A stretch of DNA of 64,000 nt from Octopus sinensis (taxonomy: Eukaryota), in contig NC_043004.1 of the NCBI RefSeq assembly GCF_006345805.1, positions 18,290,001 through 18,354,000 of the forward strand, read 5' to 3'. A program made the position numbers and the translations under genes. Shown here piece after piece: positions 14,531-27,307 of this stretch; within the stretch, counting starts at the first letter, position 1, and each line of letters opens with the position of its first letter. The notes under the pieces were generated by a model, which worked only from the letters and a program-made list of their open reading frames with translations, made no database searches and had not been told where the DNA came from.

Positions 14531-15030
14531 CTAGCAGTATCGCCCGGCGTTGCTCGGGTTTGTAAGGGAAATAACTATATAAGTATTTTTAGAGAGTTAC
14601 TTCCCTTATAAATTCGGGCTTTCTTAGCCATTTTTGTTTTGGTGTCTTCAAGCCATGAAGTCGTTATTCTAAAAGAACGCTGGTTTCCTTCACAACGCAT
14701 TACGACGTTGATTTCTTTACACTCCCTTCCCCACAACTTCACGAGGGAGGGAAGGGGGAGAAGCAAACAGGTGCAGCTGTGAGCGTGGACGCCAACTCCG
14801 CCGCCATCGACACACAATGCATTTTATGCATTAAAATGGAATAAAAAATGATGTTAAATTATTTTTAAAATCGTAGACTCATCGTTGACGCGCGCTAATA
14901 GTCAGACGGGCTTGATATGAATCACGACTATAAGATACCCGAATTTGGTTAAACTGCACCGCAAAATGTGGGAGGAGTTAGGAATCTAAATCGAAGGGGA
15001 CAGACACTCACACAACTAGAGCTTTATAGA
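14531..15030 (-). mobile_element. Non-autonomous Helitron
   Basis: Minus strand begins TC (tctataaagc) and ends CTAG; GC-rich hairpin cccggc-gtt-gctcggg 8 nt from the 3' end; inserted between A and T with no TSD. Confidence 0.75.
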
Positions 15031-15977
15031 TATATATATTCTTTTATTTGTTTCAGTCATTTGACTGTGGACATTCTGGAGCATCGCCTTTAGCTGAACA
15101 AATTGACTCCAGGACTTATTCTATCGGGGTTTTTTGCCGAACTGCTAAGTTACGGGGATGTAAACACACCAACATCGACTGTAAAGTGATGGTGGGGGGG
15201 GGGACAAACACAGACACACAGACATTTACATATATATATATATATATAAATCTTTGGTTAAATATATTCAATGAGAATAATATATACTAAACTTATATTG
15301 AGTGCTCTATTGTATGAAAGTATTAACACTATTAAAATATTTATGTATTTAATACAAGCGATTATATATATTTTATAATATATTATTATTGATATCAGGA
15401 AATCAATATTAGAAAATTCTTCAGAAAGTTATGTACATGTGTAAAATAATTGTTGTATTACAAATATAAATATATATAAATATATGTAAATATGTATAAG
15501 TATAAATATATAATATATATGACAGTTTAAAAGTTTTGAATTAAGTTTTTAAAGCATCTTGCAATCATTTCGCAGAAGTACTCTCCCTATAATGGAATCC
15601 TATATTGATAAGCATTTATAGACAACTATTCTGCTCTTCAGAGATATAAAATTTGAATTTTGTATAATTTATCGAATAGTAGTTTGTTTTTTTTAAATAT
15701 GAAATAATATGATAAAATGGTGTTTGTTTCAAATATAAATTAAAAATTTAAAATTACTGCTTTTGATTTTGGTAAGTAGACTTTAGTATGAGATTCCGTT
15801 ATTCTATATTATCTAAGTCTATGAACTATATTTGGAATAAAGGACAATATAATGGATTTTACACATAACTATTATGGATTATTACAGAAGGCTATAGTAG
15901 GAGACACTTGCCCAAGGTGTCATGCAGTGGGACTGAACCCGGAACCACGTGGTTGGGAAGCAAGCTACTTACCACTA

Positions 15978-16175
15978 GGTCCACCACTTCCACAGATTGC
16001 CTCCACAGTTAGAGATTGGCACTTCTTAACACAGCTCTCCTCGTTCATAGGCATCACATGACCATACCAGCACAGTCATCTCTCTTGCACACCACATCTG
16101 ATGCCTCTTATGCCCAGGTTTTCTCTTAAGGTGCTTACACACTGTTGTACATGCACACTGACACTACACACCAAT
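15978..16175 (-). mobile_element. RTE LINE ORF fragment (C-terminal region)
   Basis: Minus translation ...LRENLGIRGIRCGVQERRLCWYGHVMPMNEESCVKKC matches the RTE RRLRWFGHV motif. Confidence 0.7.
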
Positions 16176-16664
16176 ACACACACACACACATATATATATA
16201 CACACACACACATGTATACACACACACACACACATACATAATACATGTATACACACCCACACACACCCACATATAATACATATATATACACACACTTGTG
16301 TACATGATTGAACCCCCTGATGAGGAGTCCTGTGCCAGTGCCATGTAAAAATCACCCCTTCTGGTGCCATACACGTGCAGTGCCATATAAAAGCACCCAG
16401 CACACTCTGTAAAGGGCATCCTGCCATAGGAACCATACCAGATCAGACTGGAACCTGGTACAGCTCTCCAGCTTTGGTCAAACCGTCCAGTCCATACCAG
16501 CATGGAAAACTGACATTAGATGATGATACATATATACACACACACACAACATACATACATAAATGCACACATGTATTGTAGTGAGATAAGATATACTACA
16601 AAGGCCAAACTAAGCTCCTTGTCATCTGCCAAGACATCATCAAGGAAAAGGAAAAGCTACCATT

Positions 16665-17092
16665 GGAGTAAAGAATTGTTTGCCTACATATGGCAGTCCT
16701 GGTTTAGGACGAATGTTGCTGTAATTTAGCCCCAGGAGACATCACATCCAGCTGGCTATACAACATGATCTGTGTCTTTATATTTTCGAACAAGGAAATC
16801 TAGCACCCCTACTGAGCTCAAAATAATATCTGTGCATCACGATTTCCAGGTTATTTCCCTTCATCAGCACACAATAATTGTTCAGCTAAAGGTGGTGCTG
16901 CCAAATTCCCATTCAAAATATCTAGTTCCCAAAGTACCTACTAGTCACTGATCTATAAATTAGAAAATTACTATTTGTAAATCTCATAACGAGAGATATT
17001 CAGCAACAGTTCTTTGGAGTAAAGATTGTTTGCTCCAAAGTACTGTCGCTGAATATCTCTCATTATGAGATTTACAAATAGTAACTTTCTAA
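16665..17092. repeat. 351-bp repeat unit with terminal fold-back (60-bp arms)
   Basis: ggagtaaagattgtttgc-like motif at 16665 and 17016; 16960-17019 inverted at 17033-17092; homologous to 51369-51670. Confidence 0.7.
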
Positions 17093-17289
17093 ACTACCAT
17101 TGTTGCCTGTTCTACTAGAAATAGCAGTCAAACCTCCTTCGAATTACATGGAGTGATCTTGGAAAACTACAACAAATTAGGTCAATTATTGCAGAAGTTA
17201 AAGAACAGCAACCTCTAATACCATCAGCCAATGGCTTATTTGGACTAATAAAAGTCTCAAGGGGGAAAAAAAAAACAAGAAAACCCACT

Positions 17290-17480
17290 CTTACTTACTG
17301 TAGTTAGTATTTTTGTCTCAGTAATAATAATGATGATGACAGTGATAACAACAATAATGATGATAATAATTGTAGTGGTTTTGGTGATGATGATGATGAT
17401 TATGGTGGTGATAGCGACGATGGTGATGGCACGGCTGTGATAACGGTGGTGGTGGTGTTTGAGGCAGCAGTGATGATGAT
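17290..17480. repeat. Mixed trinucleotide tract (AAT/GAT/GGT)
   Basis: Direct inspection. Confidence 0.8.
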
Positions 17481-17925
17481 GTATCAAATACCCCAGCATA
17501 TGTTGTTCATTAATTAATTAATTAATCATCACTCTTTGTCCCACCATTTCCCAATATTTTTATCAGCAAAATCTGTACAGCAAACAAATGACAGATACAG
17601 TCATTATCTAATGTTTATTGAACAATTTACTTTATCTTGAATAAATCTAACTCTTCCGAAAAGTGTGCGAAAACACAACCAGCCGATGAGCCTTTGTGTG
17701 GGCCATCTGTGATTGCCTGCTGGGCGCAGTCTGTTTCTATTCTCAATGCTATCAGCCTTTATTTGCAATGTTGTCATCTTTTGTTCATAATGTTGGTTGG
17801 AACAGAGCTGAATTTCATCCATCCTAGGTGAATGCTGGCAGCCAAAATAAGGAATATACTTCTCTAAAACCTGTCTTAGTCTTTACTCTACACTCTTACA
17901 TGTGGTGCTATGTCTTTTCATATAG

Positions 17926-18450
17926 CGTCACTTTGTCAAACGTCTTTTTGTCCACGTCTTTTGGTCAGACGATTTTTTTTTTTGTTTGACAACAAATCCT
18001 ATCTATAAAATTCTCAATTATTATTTGATTTTGATGTTCACCTTGTTTTCTAAAGACTTCATTTAAAATTGGACAGAAAGTCGTTGGACACAAAAAAAGT
18101 TACCGGACAAAAAGATGTCAGACCAAAAGACATGGACAAAGTGACATTGGGCAAAGTGATGCCGGGCAAAGTGACGCTGGGCAAAGTGATGTTGGGCAAA
18201 GTGACATTGGGCAAAATGATGCTAGGCAAAGTGATGCCAGGCAAAGTGACGCTGGGCAAAGTGACATTGGGCAAAGTGATGTTGGGTAAAGTGACATTGG
18301 GCAAAGTGACATTCGACAAAGTGACATTCAACAAAATGACGTTCGACAAAATGATGTTCAATAAAATGATGGGCAAAGTGACGTTCGACAAAATGACGTT
18401 CGACAAAATGATGTTCGACAAAATAACGTTCGACAAAATGACATTGGACA
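17926..18450. mobile_element. Foldback-like element with 15-bp subterminal tandem repeats
   Basis: About 21 units of GGCAAAGTGACATTG/GACAAAATGACGTTC at 18131-18450; a short inverted counterpart at 17926-17995. Confidence 0.55.
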
Positions 18451-18984
18451 GGTTTTCATTGAACAGATTAAACCCAAGACTTATCTTGAGAGGCTGATAC
18501 TTTTTCTATTGGTTCCATTTCCCAAAACCACTGAGATGCACCTTGGTTTTAGGATCTCAATTAATATCCACTTTTCCATACTTGCATGGGTGGAACAAAG
18601 TTTATTGAGGCAGATTTTCTATGGCTGGAAGCCCTTCCTGCTGCCAATTCTCATATGTTTCCAAGCAAGCTAATATGTTCTCATGTCCAGATATGTTTTC
18701 ACAGGATACTAGAAATTAGTGACACTGCTTGTATGACAAGCACACTCATTTACCAAGTATCACATGACCTCAAGACACAAACACACGCTTTTATCTTTTA
18801 CTTGTTTCAGTCATTAGGCTGCAGCCATAGTTGACCGAGTTGACCCCAGGACTTCTTTTCAATTTTTTTTAAAAACCTGATACTTATTCTATCAGTCTCT
18901 TTTGCTGAACTAAGTAATGAGGATATAAACACATGAACACTGGTTGTCAAGCAGTGGAGGAGGACAAACACAGACATGAAGACA

Positions 18985-19185
18985 CTTGGTAATCTTCCAA
19001 GGGTTCCCTCCATTATAAAAACAAGAAGAATGATATTCTGTGGACATTTCTTTTGTAGCAAAGATAAGGTAAAGGTTCAAATGCTGATGTGGGAAGCAAC
19101 ACACAGAAAACCACCTAGGAGTCATCCTGCTAGGACATGTACTGACCAACTGGTTAAAGACTTTGGTCTACTGAAGAGATACAAT
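18985..19185 (+). mobile_element. RTE-type LINE ORF C-terminal fragment
   Basis: IKTRRMIFCGHFFCSKDKVKVQMLMWEATHRKPPRSHPARTCTDQL resembles RTE RRLRFAGHC...LLWEP.HGKR.RGRP. Confidence 0.6.
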
Positions 19186-19254
19186 ACAAGACAGAGATTT
19201 CTGAAGACAAATGGTCAAAGGCACTTGTCTACAGACAACATGATGGTAATATAT

Positions 19255-19615
19255 GTATTCCTCTCAAGCATTGGGCTTCATGGAGGCAAAGTGGCTGAGC
19301 TCATTTCAAGCAATGGTCCTCGTGGAGGCAATGACCGTGACCTTTGGCATTATGCTGAGCTTGAGAAGAAGACCCATCAAGCCAAGCAAAATCACAGTCA
19401 TGGCATATACTGGTGTCACGCAAATGGCACCCGTGCCAGTGGCATATAAAAGCACCCATTACACTCTTGGGGTGGTTGGTGTTAGGAAGGGTATCTAGCT
19501 GTAAAAAACGATGCCAAATCAGACTGGAGTCTGGTACAGCCTTCCAGCTTGCCAGTTCTGGTCAAACCATCCAACTCCTAGCATGGACAATGGACATTAA
19601 ATGATGATGATGATG
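19255..19615 (+). mobile_element. RTE LINE 3' end with two 42-bp units
   Basis: DRDLWHYAELEKKTHQAK ORF end followed by UTR and (GAT)n tail. Confidence 0.7.
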
Positions 19616-20522
19616 TGTGCGAGAGAGTGTATACATGTTTGTGTCTCCTTGTCTTGAGAGGCTTCTTTCAGTTTCCATTTACCAAATCCATTCACAACAC
19701 TTTGGCCAACCCAAGGATATAGTAGAAGACACCTGCCCATGATCCCATGCAGTGAGACTGGACCCAGAACCAGGAGATTGAAAATCAAACTGCTTAACCA
19801 CACAGCCAAGCCAGTGCCATTCCAGTCTATAAATTCTCCACTTTGTCTATACAAACATTGGCATTGGATTGCGTTTTGTTTGCTTTGTTTTAATGTTTTG
19901 CTGGTTTCTTCCCTCCACAAGAGAATTAAGGATTATTCACCAAGTTGTCTTGTCAAAGAATTACAAATACAATAGGAATTCAGTTTATCAGTGGATTATA
20001 AATATCAGTATAAACATGAAGCAATTAATCATTAAACAAATAAACAGAAGGAATTATAATCCATTCCATTCTGGTCTGGCTCTCAAGTATTATAATAAAA
20101 TAATATAAATTCATTTATATGCATTGTTCAGCATCAAAAACAAGCTGACTAGAGTGATGTCATTCTAAAAAGCTTTCTACATCCCATCATTGCGACACAC
20201 ATTGATGTCGCATACACACTTGTCTATGAGATTATGACTTAATGTTTGAGGTGGTTACGTATAGGCTGGTAACACATAACTGGTATTGTTTATTTTAAAT
20301 CAGAAGGTGTAGCTGTGCAGTAAGAAGCTTGCTTACCAATCACATGGTTTCAGGTTCAGCTCCACTGTGTGGCATCTGTGGAAAGTATATTCTACTATAG
20401 TTCCAACTCAACCAGAGTCTTGTGAATGGACAGAAATTACATGGAACCGTGTGAGTGTGTTTGTGCATGACTGTATCTATGTCCTTGATAACTGCCATTG
20501 GTATTCTTCTTTTCTTCTTCCC

Positions 20523-20900
20523 CTTGTTTCAGTCATTTGACTGCAGCTATGCTTGAGCACCGCCTTTAGCCAAACAAATCGACCCCAAGGACTTATTCTT
20601 TGTAAGCCTAGTATTTATACTATTGGTCCCTTTTGCCAAACCGCTAAGTTACAGGGACGTAAATACACTAACGTTGGTTGTCAAGTGACAGTGGGGGGGG
20701 GGCAAACACAGATGCACATGCAAATACACACACACGCACACAGGATAGGCTACTTTCAGCTTCCATCTACCAAATCCACTCACAAGGCTTTGGTCGGCCC
20801 AAGAATATAGAAGACACTTGCCCAAGGTGCCATGCAGTGGGACTGAACCCAGAACCATGCGGTTGGGAGGCAAGCTTCTTACCACACAGCCACTCCTGCA
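20523..20900 (-). mobile_element. Family A SINE, full length
   Basis: Colinear with other family A copies. Confidence 0.8.
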
Positions 20901-21506
20901 CCTATATGTTTATCTTCCAGTAACTTAGCTGCTCAGAAAAAGAGACCAATGAAATAAATATCAGACTTTGAAAATACTGGGATAAATCTGTTCAACTAAA
21001 AACCTTTCTGGGCGATGTTCCAGCATGGCCACAGTTTAATGACAGAAACAAATGAAAAATAAAAAAATACATCACCAGATTATGTTTGTTTCTCCATATA
21101 TCCAGTGAACTGCCACAGGCTGTCAGGAAGGTGTTTGTTTACTATCCTTAGCAGTGGTTCTGTATCCTTAAGCAAGACCCTTTAATTCTTGCTAACTTTG
21201 TCCACCAAGCTCAGGTGCTTCCCAACCACATGATTCCAGGTCCAGTACCAGTGAATTGGATGTTTAAAACATCCCTTTGAAGGATTTCTTTTCCACACAC
21301 ACACACACTCTCTCTCCCCACTTCATTCACCAATAATATAAAAACAGGCAAAACTCTGCAAACTCTAGTGGTAGAAAGCGCTTAAATATGTAATTAAATA
21401 TCTGATTTGAAGAAATAATATGTGATATGTAAATAAATATATATATTTTTTATATACAACCATCAAGCATTCTGAACGCCTTTTTCTTTCATATATATAT
21501 CATCAT

Positions 21507-21540
<34 letters not shown>

Positions 21541-21838
21541 CAAACTGAGGAATATATATATATATATATCTCTTTGTGCGTGAGCTTGTCCCCCATCACC
21601 ACTTGAGAACTTAGTGGTTCAATAAAAGAGACCAATAGAATACTGGCTGTAGAAGAAAAGGACTGAAGTTGATTCATTTGATTAAAATCCTTCAAAGCAG
21701 TGCCCCAACATGGCCACAGTCTAATGAATGAAACAAAATAAAAGATAAATGGAAAATTATAGTTCAATGTTGTAAGCAATAGAAGAATGATTTTTGTGCA
21801 TTTTTACATCTATTTTCCCAAACTAGTATGGGTTAGAT

Positions 21839-22079
21839 CAGCGTTTCTCAACTGGGGTTTCCTGGAACCCTAGGGTTCTGCAAAAGGTTCCTAGGGGGTC
21901 CGCAAGAGTGAGATAAGCTAATGCTAATTACATGATTGAAATATTACTATACATGCACAACATATTATTGGTTATTGTAATATTGTAATATAGACATCCT
22001 CCTATCTATATCCTATTATGTTATCAAAAAAATATAGCAACCATTGGGGATATATTTAGTGGTGTCTGTAATTTATGGA

Positions 22080-22122
<43 letters not shown>

Positions 22123-22254
22123 ATTTACCATGTGAACTACAATGAAAATATATGAGAAAGATATGGTATATAATTTTTTCCTGTGCAGGGGTTCCTTGAG
22201 ATATGCAATTTATTTTCAAGGGTTACACAAAAGTAAAAAGGTTGAGAAACACTG
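21839..22254. mobile_element. hAT (Buster/Charlie-type) MITE
   Basis: TIRs cagcgtttctcaac / gttgagaaacactg; 8-bp TSD ggttagat (21831-21838) / ggttagac (22255-22262) with central TA. Confidence 0.85.
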
Positions 22255-22321
22255 GGTTAGACAAATATATTAATGAGGCATTGTTTTACAGATGGATGCT
22301 CACCCTGCCACTAACCCTTAC

Positions 22322-22358
22322 CAGCTTTGAAGTAAAGGATCACATATTCCCCATGTGT
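22322..22358 (-). CDS. Candidate internal micro-exon (37 nt; THGEYVILYFKA or TWGICDPLLQS frame)
   Basis: Minus strand attcttttgctttgtgcctttag|ACACAT...AAGCTG|gtaagg; strong acceptor and donor. Confidence 0.5.
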
Positions 22359-22996
22359 CTAAAGGCACAAAGCAAAAGAATAATTTGTTGACGAGTGAAA
22401 CAACACTGATTGCAGCAAGCATCTTTCCTTGAGCACACACACACAAGTGCCGACATGACTGTGCGGTTAAGAAGTCTGCTTCCTAACCACATGGTTTAGG
22501 GTTCAGTCCCACTGCATGGCACCTTAGAAAAATATCTTCTACTATAGCCCTAGGTCAACCAATGACTTGGGAGTGAATTTGGTAGATGGAAACTGTGTGG
22601 AAGCCCATCATACATATGTATGCATGTGCATGTATCTTTGCATCTGTGTTTCTACCTGACAACTGGTGTTGCTTTGTTTATATCCCCATAACTTAGTCGT
22701 TTGGCAAAGAAGACTGATAAGATAAGTACTGGTATGAATTTGTTTCACTAAAACCTTTCAAGGTGGTGCCCTAGCATGGCCACACTCTAATGAGTGAAAC
22801 AAGTAAAAGACAGAGATTTTTGCATTTCGCTTAAATCGTTAAGTGATTAGATACATAGAAATAATTAGAATTTAATCATCAGTATCGTCTGGTCTTTAAA
22901 GTTGGTCGGCTGCTGCTGCTACTGCACATTAGAAAGAAATAAAGTGTAAGCGTGCGTAAATTGCAGAGGTCATGACGTAAATGAAATTATTTATAT

Positions 22997-24910
22997 TTGT
23001 GTGTGTGTGTGTGTGTGTGTGTGCACGCGTGGATATGTGTGCGTGTGGAAAGACAAATATCTAAATATATAACACACAAATACATACATACAAAGCATAT
23101 GCACACATATACATACATTACATACACACACATATACATACATTACATACACAAACATACATTACATACACACATACATTACATACACACACATACCTAC
23201 ATTACATACACACACATACATACATAACATGCACACACACATACATACATACATAACATGCACACACACATACATACATTACATACACACACACATACAT
23301 ACATTACATATACAAACATACATTACATACACACACATACCTACATTACATACACACACATACATACATAACATGCACACACACATACATACATACATAA
23401 CATGCACACACATATACATACATTACATACACACACACATACATACATTACATACACACACACATACATACATTACATATACAAACATACATTACATACA
23501 CACACATACATTACATAAACACACACATACACACATTACATGCACACACATATACATACATTACATACACACACATATACATACATTACATACACACACA
23601 TATACATTACATACACCACACATACATACATACACACACATATACATTACATACACATACATTACATACATACACATACATTACATACATACACACATAC
23701 ATTACATACACACACACACACATACATACATACACACATACATACACACACACACACATACATTACATACATGCACATACACTACATATATTACATACAT
23801 AAATACATACACACACACATAGGCGCAGGAGTGGCTGTGTGGTAAGTAGCTTGCTAACCAACCACATGGTTCCGGGTTCAGTCCCACTGCATGGCATCTT
23901 GGGCAAGTGTCTTCTGCTATAGCCCCGGGCCGACCAATGCCTTGTGAGTGGATTTGGTAGACAAACTGAAAGAAGCCTGTCGTATATATGTATGTATATA
24001 TATATATATATATATCATGCTAGCATGGAAAACGGATGCTAAACGATGATGATGATGATGATGATGATATATATATATGTGTGGTGTGTGTGTGTGTGTG
24101 TGTGTGCACGCGTGGATATGTGTGCGTGTGGAAAGACAAATATCTAAATATATAACACACAAATACATACATACAAAGCATATGCACACATATACATACA
24201 TACATTACATACACACACACATACATTACATACACCACACATACATTACATACACACACACATACATTACATACACACACACATACATACATTACATACA
24301 CACACACATACATACATAACATGCACACACACATACATACATACATAACATGCACACACATATACATACATTACATACACACACACATACATACATTACA
24401 TACACACACACATACATACATTACATATACAAACATACATTACATACACACACATACATTACATAAACACACACATACACACATTACATGCACACACATA
24501 TACATACATTACATACACACACATATACATACATTACATACACACACACATACATACACACACACACACATACATTACATACACACACATATACATTACA
24601 TACACATACATTACATACATACACACATACATTACATACACACACATACATTACATACACACACATACATTACATACACACACATACATTACATACATGC
24701 ACATACACTACATATATTACATACATAAATACATACACACACACATAGGCGCAGGAGTGGCTGTGTGGTAAGTAGCTTGCTAACCAACCACATGGTTCCG
24801 GGTTCAGTCCCACTGCATGGCATCTTGGGCAAGTGTCTTCTGCTATAGCCCCGGGCCGACCAATGCCTTGTGAGTGGATTTGGTAGACAAACTGAAAGAA
24901 GCCTGTCGTA

Positions 24911-24951
<41 letters not shown>

Positions 24952-25000
24952 TGCTAGCATGGAAAACGGATGCTAAACGATGATGATGATGATGATGATG

Positions 25001-25036
<36 letters not shown>

Positions 25037-25037
25037 T
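22997..25037 (+). repeat. About 1 kb tandem duplication (minisatellite, SINE head and RTE tail fragment)
   Basis: Identical unique anchors at 23023/24106 and 23821/24747; the ACATT/ACATAC minisatellite differs in length by about 157 bp. Confidence 0.9.
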
Positions 25038-25240
25038 TGTGTTCTGTGTTTGTCCCCCTAGCATTGCTTGACAACCGATGTTGGTGTGTTTACGTCCCCG
25101 TCCCTTAGCGGTTCGGCAAAAAGAGACCGATAGAATAAGTACTGGGCTTACAAAGAATAAGTCCCTGGGTCGAGTTGCTCGATTTAAGGCGGTGCTCCAG
25201 CATGGCCGCAGTCAAATGACTGAAACAAGTAAAAAGAGTA
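24747..25240 (+). mobile_element. Family A SINE with RTE tail fragment inside its central microsatellite
   Basis: Head aggcgcaggagtggctgtgtggtaag; tail gactgaaacaagtaaaaagag; catgctagcatggaaaacggatgctaaacgatgat in the middle. Confidence 0.8.
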
Positions 25241-25575
25241 TATACATTACAAGCACACTCACACACATACACACAATAGTACAACATGAACTATATACCA
25301 TCATCACATGATCAGTAATTCTAAATAAAATGTTAATCAAAAAAAAAAAGAAGCAAGATAACAGTTTTACTGATAACAAATTAGATTTAATTTACAATCC
25401 TAAAATGATAAGTCACAGCTATTTTATTGGCTTGAAATAACAATTTCATTAAAAAAAATCTGTCCACAAAGGAAGAAATTAGTGTTACATCATCATAAAA
25501 TATTTGCAAGTTACAGGCTTCCCTTTTTTAAAATTTTCATCTTGGCTATTGTTTATACAAAATTTAATCCTTTAA

Positions 25576-25796
25576 CCGTTTCGTTACAAATATTTATTTT
25601 GAGATGCTTTGTGTTTCTTTCAATTACTTCAAATATAACAAAGAATTTAGTAAAATAACTTAGTTGTCATTAAGCTAGTGTTAGGAACATAAATTTTGAC
25701 TAAGGTTTGGTGGAAGATTTTAATTCAAAATTTATGAAAACAAGACATTTGTACTCAGAGCCAGAGCAGGTTTCAGCCAGGTTGGTATCAAAAGGG
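25576..25796. mobile_element. piggyBac-type MITE
   Basis: TTAA on both sides; TIR ccgtttcgttac / ggtatcaaaaggg. Confidence 0.75.
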
Positions 25797-25829
25797 TTAA
25801 GGCCCACCTTATTCTCTCTCCAACTTTAA

Positions 25830-26030
25830 CCCTTTCGTTACTGTATTTATTTTGAGATGCTCTGTGTTTCTTTCAATTGCTTTAAATATAACAAAGAATT
25901 TAGTAAGATAACTTAGTTATCATTAAATTGTGACTAAAGCTTGTTGGAAGATTTTAATTCAAAACTTATGAAAACAAGACATTTGTACTGAGAGTCAGAG
26001 CTGGTTTCAGCTGGAATGGTAACGAAAGGG
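25830..26030. mobile_element. piggyBac-type MITE, second copy
   Basis: TTAA flanks; TIR ccctttcgttac / gtaacgaaaggg; homologous to 25576-25796. Confidence 0.8.
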
Positions 26031-26946
26031 TTAAGCATCTTGCTCTGCCTCTGTACGACTACTTTCTGGAATACATAAAAATTTATAAGTAAATGTACAG
26101 GCTCCCATTCATATGTATTTCATTTCGCTGTGAAATCAGAGTTACAAGGGATTTTGTAAATAGTTTGTATTCAGTAGTAAACTACTGAACATAAACACCA
26201 TCCTTTATTTGTTTCAGTCAGTGAACTGTGGCCATACTGGGGCACTGCCTTGAAGGATTTTACTCTAAGAAGTTGCTCCTAGAACTGATGTATTTTTAAA
26301 GTTTGGTACTTTTTTTTTTATACCAGTTTCTGTTGTCAAACTACTAAGTTATATGGACATAAACAAACCAACACCAGTTGTTGGGTAGTGGCCAGAAATG
26401 GAGCAAATACATACACTCACACAGAGGCTTCCACATGGTTTCTGGCTACTGAATTTTATTGCAGGGCATAGGTTGACCCAGAGTTATAGTAGAAGACGCT
26501 TACCTAAAGTGCTGCATAGTGGGACTGAAACCAAAGCCACATGGCTACAATGCAGGCTTCTTAACCACACAGCCATACTTCTAAACACTATTAACATCTA
26601 GAGTCTTAGCACTTCCATCATAAAACCAAATCAACATTGAGAACTGTGACAGGAAATATAAACTGCCATGAAGAGTTTATTAATTTTCTAGTCACTATTA
26701 GACATTGAATGCATAGGTCTTTTGTTGGTTTGTTTGTCTTTTTTTTTTATAACTATATCAATGAAATTCTAGGTTAACTTTCCGTGAAACAACTGATGGT
26801 CATTAAAGTAGCTTCTCACTCTGTTATTAATTAGAAATTTTTTTAAATCACAGTAACCAAGGAAACTGGTGACAGTCTGTGTAAACGTCAAATGGTTTTA
26901 ATAATTTTAAAATAAAGTAAGTTTATGAAGAGTATAAACTCTTTAA

Positions 26947-27307
26947 CCCGTTTGATACCAACCCAGCTGAAACCACCTCTGGCTCTGAATACAAATGTCT
27001 TGTTTTCATAAGTTTTGAATTAAAATCTTCCACCAAACCTTAGTCACAATTTATGTTCCTAACACTAGCTTAACCCTTTGAACCCATAACATTGGTTTAC
27101 CAGTGGATAGTTTATTTTTCTCTATACCATAGCACCAATCTACACCATAGCACTGGTGGAGTGCCAGGTATATGATAAAATAAGGTCCAGGAGATAAGGG
27201 CTCAACGGGTTAATTTTACTAAGTTATTTTTACTAAATACTCTGTTATATTTAAAATAGATTGAAAGAAACACAGAACATCTCAAAATGAATATAGTAAC
27301 GAAAGGG
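26947..27307. mobile_element. piggyBac-type MITE (opposite orientation) carrying a nested insertion
   Basis: TTAA flanks; reverse complement of the 25.6-26.0 kb family. Confidence 0.75.
27074..27209. mobile_element. 136-bp piggyBac-type MITE nested at a TTAA of the host MITE
   Basis: TTAA duplicated (27070-27073, 27210-27213); TIR ccctttgaaccc / gggctcaacggg. Confidence 0.75.

Noticed and set aside
18059-18497. GKVTL / NVTLP pentapeptide-repeat ORFs as a real protein
   Set aside because: A 15-bp DNA repeat with an inverted partner arm; open on both strands; no splice or promoter support
22997-24748. His/Thr-rich ORFs (up to 197 aa)
   Set aside because: Products of the ACAT/ACATT minisatellite
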